Both the position numbers and the translations under genes were made by a program. A stretch of 64,000 bases of DNA from Octopus sinensis (Eukaryota), in assembly GCF_006345805.1 (NCBI RefSeq), contig NC_043018.1, forward strand, positions 13,082,001 to 13,146,000, in the 5' to 3' direction. The notes beneath the pieces are model-generated. The model was given only the letters and a program-made list of their open reading frames with translations, was not told the DNA's origin and made no database searches. Below are positions 1 to 14,800 of this stretch, piece by piece. Every line of letters starts with the position of its first letter. Position 1 is the stretch's first letter.

Positions 1-895
1 TCTTAGTATTTTTTTTTTTTTATTTCCTTGGAAAAAATGTTTGTAGTTTGGATTTGAGTGTATCATGGCTACTTGAACAAAAGATGAAATGTATTTTAAT
101 CTGTCCTTGGTACTGGATATTTAGAAAATGTTTCAAAGGAGAATAAGGGAGTTGAAGCCCATATACCATGGGGAGAGTGGGAGGATTAAAGCTAGTTGAA
201 TATAAGCAACCACTACAAATATGAGAGAAGGCAAACTAAAATCTGAAAATGCAGCTTCCATTGCTCAAATATAATCAATCATTGACTGAGTTGGTCCTTA
301 AAGCCCTTAAGGGAAAGGAGGAGCCATTTTTAGATAAGTTTCCCAAACGTATGGCAAATTTGGATAAGACTATAAATATTCTTTTTAAATTTTGCAGGCA
401 TACATTTTTTTGGAAAGATTTGGGAAACTTTAAACATATATATATATCAATATTGAAATTTTAGACTAAATTACCTTACAACTAAAATTTTATTTTCTAT
501 AAATAGAATAAGTAACAGGAATGAGAAATTATAAACTTTTATAACTTGAAAAACTGAAATGAACAAATTCTAAAATAGGAATTTATTTCTTGCCTTGCAG
601 TAAGTTGTCTAGATGCGAATAAAAAAATAAGTTATGAACATTTCTCATACAAATACAACAGAGTGGTCATCTCAACACAGGGAGGAGGAGGAGGAAAGGG
701 GAGGGGGTACTGCACACAGCACACAATGGGGTTGGGGAGCCTGCTTAGTGAGCAAGGCAAACAGACTTTGAAAAAGTTTAGGTGAGCAAAGCGGCAAGAG
801 AACTTTTCAATGTTTGAAGTGTTTATTTTAAGAGGTAAAAGTTTGAGGCAGTTAAACTTTCTGTTAGTGCAGATAGCTTGTTTACTGTCACCAGC

Positions 896-928
<33 letters not shown>

Positions 929-3041
929 ATTGTTGCTATAGATACTGGCCTGTACTGGAAAGTAGATTAACACACACACACACATCTTCAACTATCAAAT
1001 CTAAGCAAGCAAACTCTTTAAAACATTTTGGCCAAACAATATTTACAGATAATTAAGGCCATCTCAGATAAGTGTTTGGTTTGTCTATTCTTCTTGCACT
1101 CAACATTGTTGGAATTGAGGGTCAAAGAAAAGAGGGGGGAAAAAAACATCAAACAACAAAATAAATAACTTAAAAGATAAGTTGGAAACATTTGGGTTTT
1201 ACAAAATTTCTGGAGTGTTCATTTCTGAGGTAGGGGGCAAAAATAAAAAAAAAACAAAATAAAAATAAAAAAAATAGTCATCAGACTTGGTCAACTTCAA
1301 TTTTTACTTTGCCTTTACAAAAAGAGGAGGAACGAAAATGAAAAGATGTGGGAAGGGTTTAATAAAAGACAGTTTTAGAGAGTGACAAAATGAAAAATTA
1401 TACAAATGTTATACAAATATTTACACCTATGACTGATATCCACCTTTGTTGTTTTAACATTAAAAGGTTGAGGGACAGGGCCTTACAAACACAAGAGTTC
1501 ATCACATCAAACATGAGACAGCAATTCTCTTATTTAGCAGTTTTAAATAAAAGTGAAAGTGAATGGGGATCATGTGTAGGTGTGTGTATGTTTTGTGTGT
1601 GTGTGTGTGTGTGTGTATGACATGTACACTCAAGCGTTTTATTGGAAAAAAAGGTTTATTTTATTGCAATCAATGCACATCAGTATTTTCTTTTAAAACA
1701 AAATTGCTGTTTTCCTCTTTTTTTTTTTGAAGAAGGAAACAAGTTTAAGATTCCATGAAATGCAACAAACAATTAAAATCAGGAAAGTGATATAAAGGGG
1801 GCGTGGGGACAGATCTACAAAGCCGAAAATGACAGTGGAAGGGTGGGAGAATGGGTTAAGGGCTGGGGGTGGTAACTTGGAAATTTTTCTCTAATACATA
1901 AAACACCGAGATGGCTAACTGGCTATCTCTGGTGATACAATGCTGAAAAGACTCCAAACACAAGCAAATAACATATCTAAGTTATTAAACAATTTTTTTC
2001 TTTTTTTTTTTTCTTTGGAACATGGTATTAAACAGAAGAGACAGCTTCTCTTAAGAATGGCTTTGAAGCTTGTTTTGGAATGGACCATACAGTAGAAGAA
2101 AGAAAAAAATTTTGAAAAAAAAAGGCAAAGTATATTTAACTATAAAATATCTTGCTTGGGAAAAACAATAGCTTATATATACAAAATGATGAACGTGTCA
2201 AATGTAAGGGACTTAGCAATATGAGGTTTTGGTTTTATTTTGCACATTACTACTTGTCGTCTTCAATTGGTTTCTGGGGAATAATAATTCCAAAAATGTC
2301 CAAAACATAATGTGGCACCTACTGTTTGCATTTGTTGCTCCTAGAAAACTTTAAATCCTAGAGAACGGCAGAAGAAAGTTCAATTGCAGCAGTAATACAA
2401 GAAACAGTCAGGGCGCCAACTTGAACAGAATGAACAAGGGTACCACAATTCCTAAAGTTCTGTCTGTGGGTTTCGATGCAGAACAAGCATTTCGTAACTC
2501 TTCTTAGCACTGTAGTAGTAGTAGTAGTAATCACCACCCACACCAATTCATTTTTCCCTAAATCTAACTGTGCCTAAAACCTAGAACCCAATTAGCTGCT
2601 AAGATGATTAATTCAGCTAAAAGAAAAACAGAAAGACCCCTAGAAATGAAAGAAAGGTTGCAAAGTGGTTGTGATAGGTAGGCGTACAGTGCACATCTGA
2701 CATTAAGACAAGCAGTCATGTGTGCGTGTGTGGTGTGTGTGTGTGTATAAAATTGATCTGGCAGCTTCAGTGGAGCTATTATGGCTGTCTTATAACAACG
2801 ACCACCGTTCAATATCGTGGTGGTGTGGTGGTGGTGGTGGTGGTGGTAGTAGTAATAATAGTGATGTGTGACAAGTGGTCTGCAGAGACAAGTGGCAACA
2901 AATGCTCAGTCACATACACACAAACATACACACACACATACGTACACACAGACACACACACATACGTACACACACTTCTGACCAGCAGCTTTTTTTCTCT
3001 TAATTTTATTCATTGTAATTTGTTTTTTGTTTTAATTATTT
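1..3041 (-). other. Probable 3' UTR of the distal CK1 terminal exon (U-rich, with microsatellites; the true end is not determinable)
   Basis: Directly follows the TAA at 3042 on the minus strand. No coding-like frame. Multiple AATAAA hexamers on the minus strand (e.g. 1638-1665, 822-827, 489-494). Confidence 0.65.
1638..1665 (-). terminator. Cluster of three AATAAA polyadenylation hexamers
   Basis: + strand tttatt at 1638-1643, 1655-1660 and 1660-1665. No clear GU-rich downstream element, so use is uncertain. Confidence 0.4.
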
Positions 3042-3277
3042 TTATTTGCGCAAGTGTCTCGAAGAAGTTGACCGTCCAGTTGTCTCATCTTTGGAAGCAC
3101 TGCCTCGTCGAAGTCCTGAATTAATTTGTGCTGATGGTGGAATCATATTTGATTGAACAGGATTATTTGGAACTCTAATTTGATCCTTGTTAACCTCAGT
3201 GCTAGTGGGGAGACCCCGATGTAGTCTGCTGCTACTGCGTTTCTCTCGCTCTCGTGTTCCAGGTCGTGTTCCAGACA
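3042..3277 (-). CDS. CSNK1D: CK1 distal terminal coding exon: (M)SGTRPGTREREKRSSSRLHRGLPTSTEVNKDQIRVPNNPVQSNMIPPSAQINSGLRRGSASKDETTGRSTSSRHLRK*
   Basis: Acceptor ttttcctttttgcag|TG is phase-1 compatible with exon 7 (A|TG). REREKRSSSRLHRG matches the vertebrate CK1 delta/epsilon tail motif RERKVSMRLHRG. Stop TAA at 3044-3042. Confidence 0.9.
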
Positions 3278-6200
3278 CTGCAAAAAGGAAAAGGAAAGAA
3301 GACATGAAAAAGAATCTAAATTTAACAATAATGAGAGGAATTTTTTTTTTTTTTTTTAAATGCTTTAAGTTTCACAAAAACACACAAAACTAGGAACAAG
3401 TGATATCTGTTACAGGTACTTGTTACATACAGGATATTCACTGCAGTTTCCCAAATGCTTGAAATTTTGTCATAAATCTGAAGTGACAAACAATGAATGC
3501 TCTTCAAAAACGAGAAATCTAACCAAATAATCTATTCTACTGTCAATGTATTATTATTGTAAAATAGTTGAAATGGACCAATTTAAATTGAAACAACCAG
3601 TAAGAAATAGTGAGTGCCTATCTATAAGACAGCAGCTCCTTGGTAGAGGCGGGGGGAGAGATTAATTTTTGCTAGAACACGGTTACAAATTGATGGTAGT
3701 GCAACAACTGCAAATAGTTTGGGGCAGATTTTGGAATATTTATTCCCCCACCACCATCAAAGACACTGGTTGAAGAGAACATCCTTGGTAGATATTTTAT
3801 TGATATTGGAAAGAGATGAACAGAATCATCAACCATGGTAGGATTATAAACGAGATTATAAGGCATTTGGTTCAAGACACAACCAATTCTACCAGTTTAC
3901 TGTTCTTATTTGGTATGTGGAATTTCAAATATCTTGGGAGAGATGAAAATGCCATAAGAATGTGTTGAAGTTGTTGATGAAGACAGGCTTCTATGAACTT
4001 CTATACTGACTAAAGGGTGACAAGAAGCTCCTACACCGACCCACCCCTGCAAGCCAACCACCACCACCTCCTCTGCTCACTCATTTAACCTCTTGATATT
4101 TAAATCAGCCTCTCACACCTATCTTACAATGTCGTTTTAACAATAAGCAATCACATCACTGACATCTCAAAGCTAGAAGTTAATGCATGATTAATCCAAA
4201 GCAAAGGGAATAAATAAGGATTATATTTGAGAGAGTAACCTGAGTGGCGAAGTATTTGGACACCTGACCTTTCATTAACTATACAAGTGCTACCTTCATG
4301 TCGTGTGCATCTGGAGAAAGCACTAAGAAACTACAATATCCACCGACCCAACACACCACCATCATAAGCGAAGACACCTTTAATACTTTAATACAACAGA
4401 AGCCAATGTCATTGCCTTTTTAATAGGAAACTTTTCCATCTAAATGTCAATTTTGGGTGATTTCAATTCTGACAGTTTTAGTGAGGCAAAAGTTGATAAT
4501 GATCGAGATACAGTTAATTAGCTGAAGAATTTATTTTAAATCTATAAAATTAAAACAGAGTAGCTTTAATCTTCAACGAGTCCTTGTTTCTTCTCAAGTC
4601 TATGCTGTAAATGTATCTGATTCTAGTGAACAATACAACATGAACATGATGATGATAATGCAGTGGTGTGGGGGAGGGGTGCAAGTTTAGCTTTCTTCTC
4701 TGTGTCTGAAATAAACTAATCAAAGCTGGTGCCTTGACTTGAAGAGTTTTACCACTGAAGATTATTCTCAGTTGGTTCTTTAGTAACTAACTGAGAAAGA
4801 GTAGAGACTACAACTACTACTACTACCTGCAAGGTGTATATTTCACAGTGTGGGCGTAGCTGTGTGATTTACTTCACAATTCCAAAACACCACAGGTAAA
4901 TGTCTTCTATTGTAGCCTCTGGTTAGCCAATGCCTTGCAAGTGGAATTCGGTCAACAACTATAGAGATGCTCATCGTGTGTGTGTGTGTGTGTGTGTGTT
5001 GTGTTTATTGAGCTCTGTCAGTGAAAAGTATGAGTCAAGTTGTACTCTTTTTAAATAGTAAAGTAATTAGGTCATTCAATAAAGGTTGGTCAAATAAGTA
5101 CAAGACTAAAATGTTACTTACTGAGATTGATCTGACTAAAATACAGTTGAATGATCAAACTACTAAAAGAATCACAGAGAAATCAATTGATAAACCAACA
5201 GAAATTACTTTGCACCATCAAAATGTACTCCTGCTCAATAAAACAATATAAAAGTTTATGTAAACAAATATCTTTCGCTCTTGAGTATATCTAAAACAAT
5301 AGTAACTGAGTTAACCATCTGAAACATTCACACTGAAATCCCCAGCTCTATTTCCTGTGCACTAGAATATAAAAACCTGTAGAAAAATGAAAATTGCAAC
5401 AACAAAGTTCCCTGCTGAAATCTGCTATAAAATTGCATTTCACACATTGCACTCAACTAAGAAAATATTCTCCAAGATGGTAGGGCTCAGTCCACAGGAT
5501 GAGTGAGGAGTAAAAGGAGTGAAAATAAAAGATAAAAAGTGAAAATTCCATGTGTAAATTATAAATTTGGGAGCCCCAAAAGGTTCTTGGCTGGATGTGA
5601 TCAGCAGGTTGTTGATAAATATAACATGCTTACACAAGACGAATGGTGCCTTAGATGACCAGCGCAATTTCAAGAGAAGGAGGAACTAAAAACAAAGGTT
5701 GAGGATCATTTTTTCCAGATATGTAACCTCTAGAGTGTGTTACCTGCTTGCTACAAATAGTAGCCAAAATCACTCTCCAGCAGCATAAAAAAAGAGGGAC
5801 ACGTTTAATATTGTTTTGTTGGGTCTGGAGGAAGGAATAGTACCCATGGTCTTCACAGACCCTCTATGACTGATGAGAAGATTGATGCCATTGTTGCTTA
5901 AACTGTTTCAAGCCAACTCCTGCAGAGATCAAGGGGCAGTCAAGTTTGATAAGAGGCTTTGCTCAAGTCAAGTGTGACAGCACTGTTTCCACTAAGTTTC
6001 TCTAACTTAGTTAGTATTTAAACTGACCATATCTGGCCTAAATATTCTATCAGTTGTATTTCAAAACAGCCAGATCCAGCATCTTACACTTACGCTACAA
6101 AGTCATTTTAAAATTAAACAATTATGCCATCGAAATCTTGAAGCTACAAGACAGTGTATGATTAATTCAAAACAATGAAAGTAAGCGTCACATTTGACAG

Positions 6201-6801
6201 GATAATCTGAATGGTAAAGGGTAAAGGTACCCGGAGAATAGAGTATGTCTTTAATGGATTCGGTTTAATGAAAGATGTTGTGAAGAGAGAGCAATTCAAA
6301 GTAATGAAGAATGTTGTTGCTAATGGTTGTCTCCATTAGTTTTGAGATATTAGAAATGAGTAATAGGAAAATAATTGGCAAGATCAGAGCGGATTACTTT
6401 TCTTGGGGGAGATGCATGCAGAGGATGTAGGAGTGGGGAGTGCAAACAAAAAATTTGGTTTCTGTACCAGCAGCAGAAGAATGAAACGAGTGGGAGAGAC
6501 ACTACGTGTAATACGACTCCCAGTATGTATATATCATCATCATCACTTAATCTCCACCTTCCATGCTGGCATGAGTTGGACAGTTTGACAGAAGCAAGCC
6601 AAAGAACTGCACCAAGCTCCTCTCCGCTTTGGCATAGTTTTTACAGCTGGATGCTTTCCATGTACGAGCACCAAAAAGGTTGCCAAGTAACTTGCAGAAC
6701 AAAGGTCGTTTGGATGGCAGCTTTGTGCCAGATGAAGAGAAATGATAGAGGGACAGAAACATGTGTCTTGTAAAGAAGATACATTGTTATTCCAGTCAGA
6801 G

Positions 6802-6972
<171 letters not shown>

Positions 6973-8820
6973 AAAGTGATGGTGGCGAAGTGTCAGGGCA
7001 TGTCCTAAAGGTATGAGGATAAGAATATAAATGGGATGGTAAAGCATTGCTGAGGGTGAAGGAATAGAGAGTTCACATGACTGCAAAGAGGGGATGAGAA
7101 TGCATGACTGGTGAAACCTGGGTATACAGAAGGGGCAGGGGCAACAGGCTAGCAACTCTACGGGTATGTGCCCTAGAAAGAAATGTCCAAGTCACAGATA
7201 CATAGTCAACTCTGAACAAAATAAATCTTGAGGCATATATCTACACACACACACTCTCATCCTTTACATGTATCACATACCGAGATAGTTTTCCCTCTTG
7301 CACACTAAACCTGACTCCTCGTGTATCCACCTCGTCTCTCGGCTCATGTACTCTCCAACACTTGATACACTCAAAGCTTGCTCATCCCATGAAGAACAGT
7401 TGCTTCATTTTCTTTCCAGCTTCCACAATCCTCGCAATCTTCATACAATTTCCCCATCACTAAGAACAAAATTTATTGCTGCCAACAGAAGAAATAACTC
7501 TTTGATTTTTCCCCCACCATTCTTATTCTAGCTGCTACACTTGTAGAATACTCACTACCATGAGTTAATGTCACCTGCATAACAAAACGGCAATTAACTA
7601 CATTTACAGAACCTTCAAACCATTTGAATGAATCTATGCTCATGTGTGCTTTTATTGAGCAAATTGTAAAATATCTACCTATATATATAAATATATTATA
7701 CATACATACATACATACATACATTCATTGTGTGTGTATGTGAGTATAATGTGACTTAAATATCAGTGAAAGTAGATAGATGTTCTGAAAGCATGGTAGCC
7801 AGTGTTGGAACAGACTGAAAAAGACTGAAGGACAAATTGTATGCTTCTGAATAAACGAGTGGTGCATGTTAGTAAGATGTGAGTAGTGAATGCAGAGAAT
7901 TTCAGAAGATGAGAAAAATAAAGTGAGCTTAATCCACTGGGTGTGCAAAAACAGCTGAGCACAAATTGACTGAATAGAATTGGGTTAGGGTTAGAAACAA
8001 GAGGTGTTCATTCGACCCATCTAAGGGGTTAGTAACTCTCGTTTAAGACTAACCCTAACCGGATACAAACATAATCAGAAGCAGTTTTCAAGAGAAAATT
8101 ATGAGTATTTGATGGATATAGTGGATGATAGCTGTACAAAGCAAGTTAAGATACTTAAAGTGAATGGAATAAGTGGAAAACAGAGACCTCAGAAAATACA
8201 CAGCAGAGTGGTGACTACCGAACTAAGAATATTGAGTCTCACAAAGGCAACAGCAAAGAGACAATGATAGAAAAGCCAGTTCTTGAGAAGAACCATTCAT
8301 CTGTGCAAGAACAGCAAAAAAAAACAATCACCGAAATGATGGTAGCAACGGAAGCTGGAATGTATATGTATCCATATTTGTATGTTTGGGAAGAGGGCAG
8401 TAAGTGGAAGTAAATGGAAATTTAATAATGGTGATTAGGTAAGAGACACACTTGCTACTTTAAAAGTGTTTTATCAAGATGCCTATGTATGAAGGGTAGC
8501 ATCAGATCTATACCTTGCCAATACATTGTATTTTCAACGTTTCTATGCAGCCAGCCATCACTGATGCCCCCCCCCCCCCCCCGGCAAATTGTTATTGAAG
8601 TCCCTCACTCTCCCTTATAGGCCTCCTTAGACTGAACAGAGACTTCCCAGTTGGGAACCTCAGTTCAACCAGGAGGATCTAGGAATATACCAACAAATAG
8701 TGAATGCAGCAACAGCACATGACCCCATAATTTTCTTACTGCCACCCATCAATATCACCATGCAGGACTTGATCTCTCTCTCCTGCCATTACCATCTCTC
8801 GTACTCGTCCATCTGTCTTT

Positions 8821-8880
8821 TGGTCCCCTCCTCTTGGTCCCCTCCTCTTGGTCCCCTCCTCTTGGTCCCCTCCTCTTGGT
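8821..8880. repeat. Minisatellite, 14-bp unit TGGTCCCCTCCTCT x4.3
   Basis: Units start at 8821, 8835, 8849 and 8863. Confidence 0.95.
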
Positions 8881-11800
8881 AACACTGCCCAGAATCAAAC
8901 ATCACAGAGTGTTGAATACATCTGAGGCTGGCTCAGTACAAGGCAGCAACAGCAGTGCTGGTGCCACAATGAAACATATCCAGAACATCTGAAGTGGTTG
9001 ACAAACAAGCAGAGATAAGAGAGGGTCTAGAAAGTTGTTTCAACTGGACAAGGACACTATTCACTCAAGCATTCGGGCATCCAGTTGTAGAAACCATGCT
9101 AAAAATGGAATGCAGATGCAAGATGTGCTCATCCAACCCATCTAAGAGGGTAGTAACTCTCGTTAAAAACCAAGTAGGCTCGTGAGGACCTGTCCAGTCC
9201 ACATCAGCATGGAAAACACAAGTAAAATAATGATATATACAAATTATATTAATTAAAATGCTGAACATTGTCATCTTATGTCCACACTTCATGTTGGCAT
9301 GGGTTAGAGGTGTTGTCATAATCAGAGTCAGTTCTTATTTAGAGTCACTGTCCTCATAGAGAGGTCAGAAGTCCATGCCATGTCCTTCTAATTACCAGCC
9401 ACTTACAGTGTACTAGACACACACAGACACATACACAGGATATACACATTCTTCTACTCTCTCTCCTTTTCCATATGTGTGTGTGTGTGTTTTATATCTT
9501 TTCTTTGCTTGCACAAGTTTTTCTGTGTCTAATCTCACTACAAGCCTCTTACAACACCGATATGCAAGGTACCGATATACACACACACACATATATATAT
9601 ATATCATCATTGCTTAACAAATGCCTTCCATGCTGGCATGGGTGGGATGGTTTCACAAGAGCTGGCCAGGCAGAAGCCTGCACCAGACTTCTGTGACTGT
9701 TTTGGCAGGATTTTTACTGCTGGATGCCCTTCCTAACACCAACTACTCAGCTATATATATATATATAGGTAAGAGGTACACTTGGGCAAGTGTCTTCTAC
9801 TATACTCAGACAGGCCAGCCATGCCTTGTCAGTGAAATTTGGTAGATGCAATTTGAATGGAAGCCTATTGTGTGGGATTCCGAGTGACATCACACTGGCA
9901 GTATTTAGGGGACAGTAATGCTCATTTACACACATTATATCTTGCAGCCCGACAATTTTAATTTCAGTTGGTGATGACCAGTGGAATAAAAAGTATCACA
10001 CTTAAAAAAACAAAGACTGGCAATAGGATGGCCATCAAGCCATACAAAACTAACTCAAAATGTCTGGTGGAATTCATGTCAACATACGGAATGCATATGT
10101 AAACACACAGATACACATTAATGGTTATTTGTATAGAAACAGAGATTCCAAGCAGGAAAGGAAAATTTTCAATCAATGATTTGATATGAACCCATGGTCA
10201 AAATCTTGTGCAGTACAAAACTGAAACATGTAGCTTTGTCATGCTGGAAAGCGTAAACTAAAACCAATGTTACATTCAGAATTAAAATAGGCTGGAATAG
10301 CAAATTTAGAAAGACAGAAGAAGATATCACAGAAGTTTCCAAAGTGAGTGAAACGTAGGAAGCACACACATTTCTCAGTGTGTGCCAATTTTCTTTCTAC
10401 ATGCATGCGCACACGTGTATAAATGGCTTATGAGGAAGCAAAGAGGGATGCATGCCCACAAATTTCATTCGAAGCATAGCAACCATCCAAAGTGCCTGTT
10501 GTGGAAAAAAGAAATCACCAGAGCAGTATAAATAAGAAAATATGTAATTATTATTTTTGAAGTTGGAGAGGAAGTTAAAAAAATAAAAATGAAAATACTG
10601 TTGTTTTGTTTTTTTAACCACTGTTTTGTCGAGTCCAGAAGCCTGCTCTTAAGAGTATCTCAGACTGACTTTAAGCTGAATACAATCTAGTTTTAGTCAA
10701 CATATTTCACACAGCAATTACATACATGCATACACATGCATATATAACTACATGAAAACACGCAAATATATATATGTATACACACACAGATACATAGTAA
10801 ACACACACAAATACACGTTTATAATTTATATGTACAAACACCCAGATACATATTAATATATGCAATAAGCCCGTATTATACATATTTCTGCATATCCTTC
10901 ACAAACTATACACACCTCCACTACCCACCATAATTGCTTATATCATCTAAAGAAATAATACGAGACAAAATATATTCGTGTGGGTATAACTGAGGGAAAA
11001 CTTTCAGACTTTCTGTTTTCATCATAAAAGTGATTTTGGAAAGAAAAGAAAAGAAAAGATTTTGTTTTTGTATTTGGTTTGCAAGATTCTTTCTGTGAAT
11101 TCATGTGTTGAAACGAATTCTGTTGTGTCTGGCGAGAGCCATTACACCAATACTTATAACACAAGCACCTGTCCAATTCCACTCTTTCATTATTAGTCAG
11201 TTGGTTAAATATCTATCCAACCAACTGACTGATGTGTGTGTGTGTGTGTTTATATAGTTATATGTGCATGTTTATGCATGTAATTACTGTGAACGTTGAC
11301 TCAAACTAGATTGTATCTAACAGAGTAAGTCAGTCTGAGAAACTTTTAGGACCAGGCTTCTGGACTCGACCCACGACCTTTTAATAGTAAAGTAGTGGAA
11401 TTGAACCAGTGCATGTGTTATTAATATTGGTGTAATGGCTCTCCCCAGGCACAACAAAGGAAAATATTGTTGCAGTAGATATATGTTTATATATCATGTT
11501 CCTTTTCGTCTTGAGAGAGAGTAATGAAAGATTGAAGTTTTGAACTAAATGAAGACAAAAAACGTTTAAATTTCATCATCCACCACAACTTTGAAAATGT
11601 TCTTGTTCCTTTAAGGAGGAGCATGCTTGTATAGTTTAATAATTGCTAGAATCCTATGCAATATTAAAGGCAATAAGTATGAGGTGGGTGACACAGCACC
11701 CAAAAGCTGTTAGCAGCAGAAACGGTGGCAAGATGGTTTTTCTAAGGCTCTGAAGATCAATTTCTTCTGATAAATATGATAATTTACAAAAGCAAATGTG

Positions 11801-14800
11801 ACAATTATCAAACTAAATAATAAGAAAAAGAGGAGGGGAAATAAAATCAAAGAACCTCATAACAGATTGGGATGTGAAAATATGCTTACAAAGTAAGGTT
11901 TCAGTCTTCTTCTTGTCTAGCAAACTCAATATTTTTTTTTCAACCTGAAATCTGAAGTATTGTTGGAAAAAAAAAAAAAGAAAAAAAAAACAAAGCATTA
12001 AAACTAAAAATAAAAAAGTTTTAAAAAAATAAAACAAAGCACAAATATTAACATTGATTTGCTACAACATAAAATGGCTACAAATGCAACAGAGTAATAA
12101 CAGCAACAACGATGAAAGAGTCTACTTCTTAACTGAAAAGCTCAAAATTAACAACATCAGTACTGGACAGATGAAACAATTATACTAATTATACTTATTG
12201 CTTTAATTATATGCAAGATTAAATGAAACGAAGTGTTTGCAAATATAGTCACATAAGAATTATATAAAGGAACATGTATTGACTCTATTTAATAGAGTGA
12301 AGACAGCAGTAATCATTCACTCCTTAACTACCAAACATCTGATGAAACATTGTTATTTATTCATAATAAAACAGACAGAAGATGACATTTTGGGGAGGGA
12401 AAAAAAACACACAGATGTCACCATAGATGAACATAGACCTACAGTCATTTTACTGAAGAAAATGGCTAAAACAAATTATAAATTATATTTGCAGCAAATA
12501 ACTTGCTACGGATATAAAATGTGACTTTATGCATGAAGCTCAAAAGCATAAAAACCATAATTTTCATTAGCTTTTCACTGAGACAAAATGGAGAGAGAAA
12601 AATTATGACAGAACTCTCAAGATATATTTTACATAAATTAACAAAAAGCCGTCATTAAAAAAAATTAAAAATAAAAGCAATATATATGTTCGATCTTTAC
12701 CAGAGCCATGCTGAAAGTCAGATGAGACATCTGGTGTTTTCTTGTCACATTAAAGTATGTGAATACTAAGTCTTTTTTTGAGAAAGACATATTCTAAAAG
12801 CTAGCAAGATTATAGCAAAGAAAAAGCAAAGAAAAAAAAAGAAACTGCTCAAATAAAATAAAAGAATAACAAACAGTGTACTGCTATTTTTGCAAGGCAT
12901 ATCAGCGTTGCATCTTAGTCTATCACCACAATGAGTTAGTATTTAAAATATACACTTCTTAACTATTTCAATCATCTTACAAGACCATTAGAATTCCAGA
13001 TGCTAAAACTGCCTTTCACAAGGCTTACAACATTCTATCAATGAGACAACCACATTTAGAAAAGACAAACATTATTTCAGTTGTATTTTGCCATAGCAAA
13101 CTCCATGGAAGCAAAGATAATTCCCTGCATTTAAACAGCTTTCTATTTAGGACTGAAAACACAAAACAAACACTGAAACTAAACTGATTTGACAGTGTTA
13201 TCAAATTATGTAATGAATAAGAATTAATTTCTTCTTCTTGCTGCCATTTGAAGACTGATGGCTTCAGTTGCTATCAATCTTAAGACATCAAATAAGGAAA
13301 TAACCAGCGAATCAACACACCTGCCTTATATTTAACAAATCAAAATATTAAAGCAACCAGTGAAAAGATTTCTAACCTTGGAACAACACACACTTCCTTA
13401 AAAATAAATAAATAGCTTTAGTCAGCTGATCAACCGTACAAGACTGGTACTTATTGCCAAACTGACAAGAATGGAATCGAGAACGTAAAGAAATAGCAGA
13501 AAGACACAAACGTTTCTGACACCTATAACAATAAAGTCATGCAAAATACATATAATTTGATACTGATGATAGCCCCAAGTAAGTCTGACACAGCAGGCTT
13601 ATTATCAAGCCATTCCAGCCATGACATTCCTCTTTTTAACTTCTACTCAGTATCTGAAACAACATTCTCCAATGCATCTCTTTGGCAGGATGTGATATGG
13701 GGAAATTGGTCTTCTGTTTCTTGTAGGTTGAGCAACCAAGCCGAGGTTCTTTTGCTGGATCACAACGAAAATGACCAATGAAATGGGAAATGTCAGAAAT
13801 TAACAGAGAACAACTCAAACGTACCAAATTAATGCCAGATATAACAATCCTCTCTTTCATGGCAACATTAGACAGTCTTAGTTTCAATAGAATAATGAAA
13901 TGGAAACAAAAGCAGACTAACCTAAACTGTCGACAAAACAGATACAAAACAAAACTGAAGATTATTACAAGGTTAACATCCCTTTTAAACAACTCCCTAA
14001 TCATTCATATTTTAATGATAGCAATGGAACTAAAACCTTTGATTTCTTGCAGAGACACAAAGACCACAAATTTAAAAAGAATGCTGCAATTGAGTGAGTA
14101 AATAGATTGAAAATTCAATATTCTTTCAGGAAGTTTACTTCTTTGTCTGTAAGTACTTGACAGCAAAAAAAAAAAATTTTTTTTTTTTACCACTCATCAC
14201 AATGCCCACTTCAACAGAACCACATTGCAAAATGCTGTCAAATACTAGGTCCAAACCATCCAACATTTAGGTACTGAGTTTATGTTGGAGACAGAGCCAA
14301 TGGTATTTGGTAAGTGCCAGATTATCAGAATTATAACTATAAATAAAATTCATTTGGAACAGCTACAGAATGAAAACAAGCAGAGAAGATTGAAACTCAT
14401 TGTTCTTCAAGTAACAAAACATCAAAGGTAACTGCACTATACATCACTGTCCATCTTACCTGAATTAGTATAAAGAAAAAGACAAACAAAAAACAAAACC
14501 CTTGTAAGTTTTTAAAACAATATATTCACCTTATTCTGCAAGTTTGAAATTATAGAATCTTTTAATTTAGACTCATGCTCAACAATGGTTGCAATCAAAA
14601 ATTTAAATGACAGATTTTTCAAGTTGAGCGTTGTTGATAATAATCTGATAATAAGCTTCAGCTCTCAGCTTTTCAATCCACTGCTGGTATACAGTCACTT
14701 TATATCCCAGACTTTTTAGTTACGTTTAGAAAAGACTCATTCGTTAATTAAATCAAAAGCCCTGATATGTAAAATTCTAAAGACAGAAGGTAATGTTCTG

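Noticed and set aside
632-991. 119-aa minus-strand ORF with poly-Gly and poly-Pro
   Set aside because: It derives from (CAC)n and (GGA)n microsatellites in the probable 3' UTR and has no splice support.
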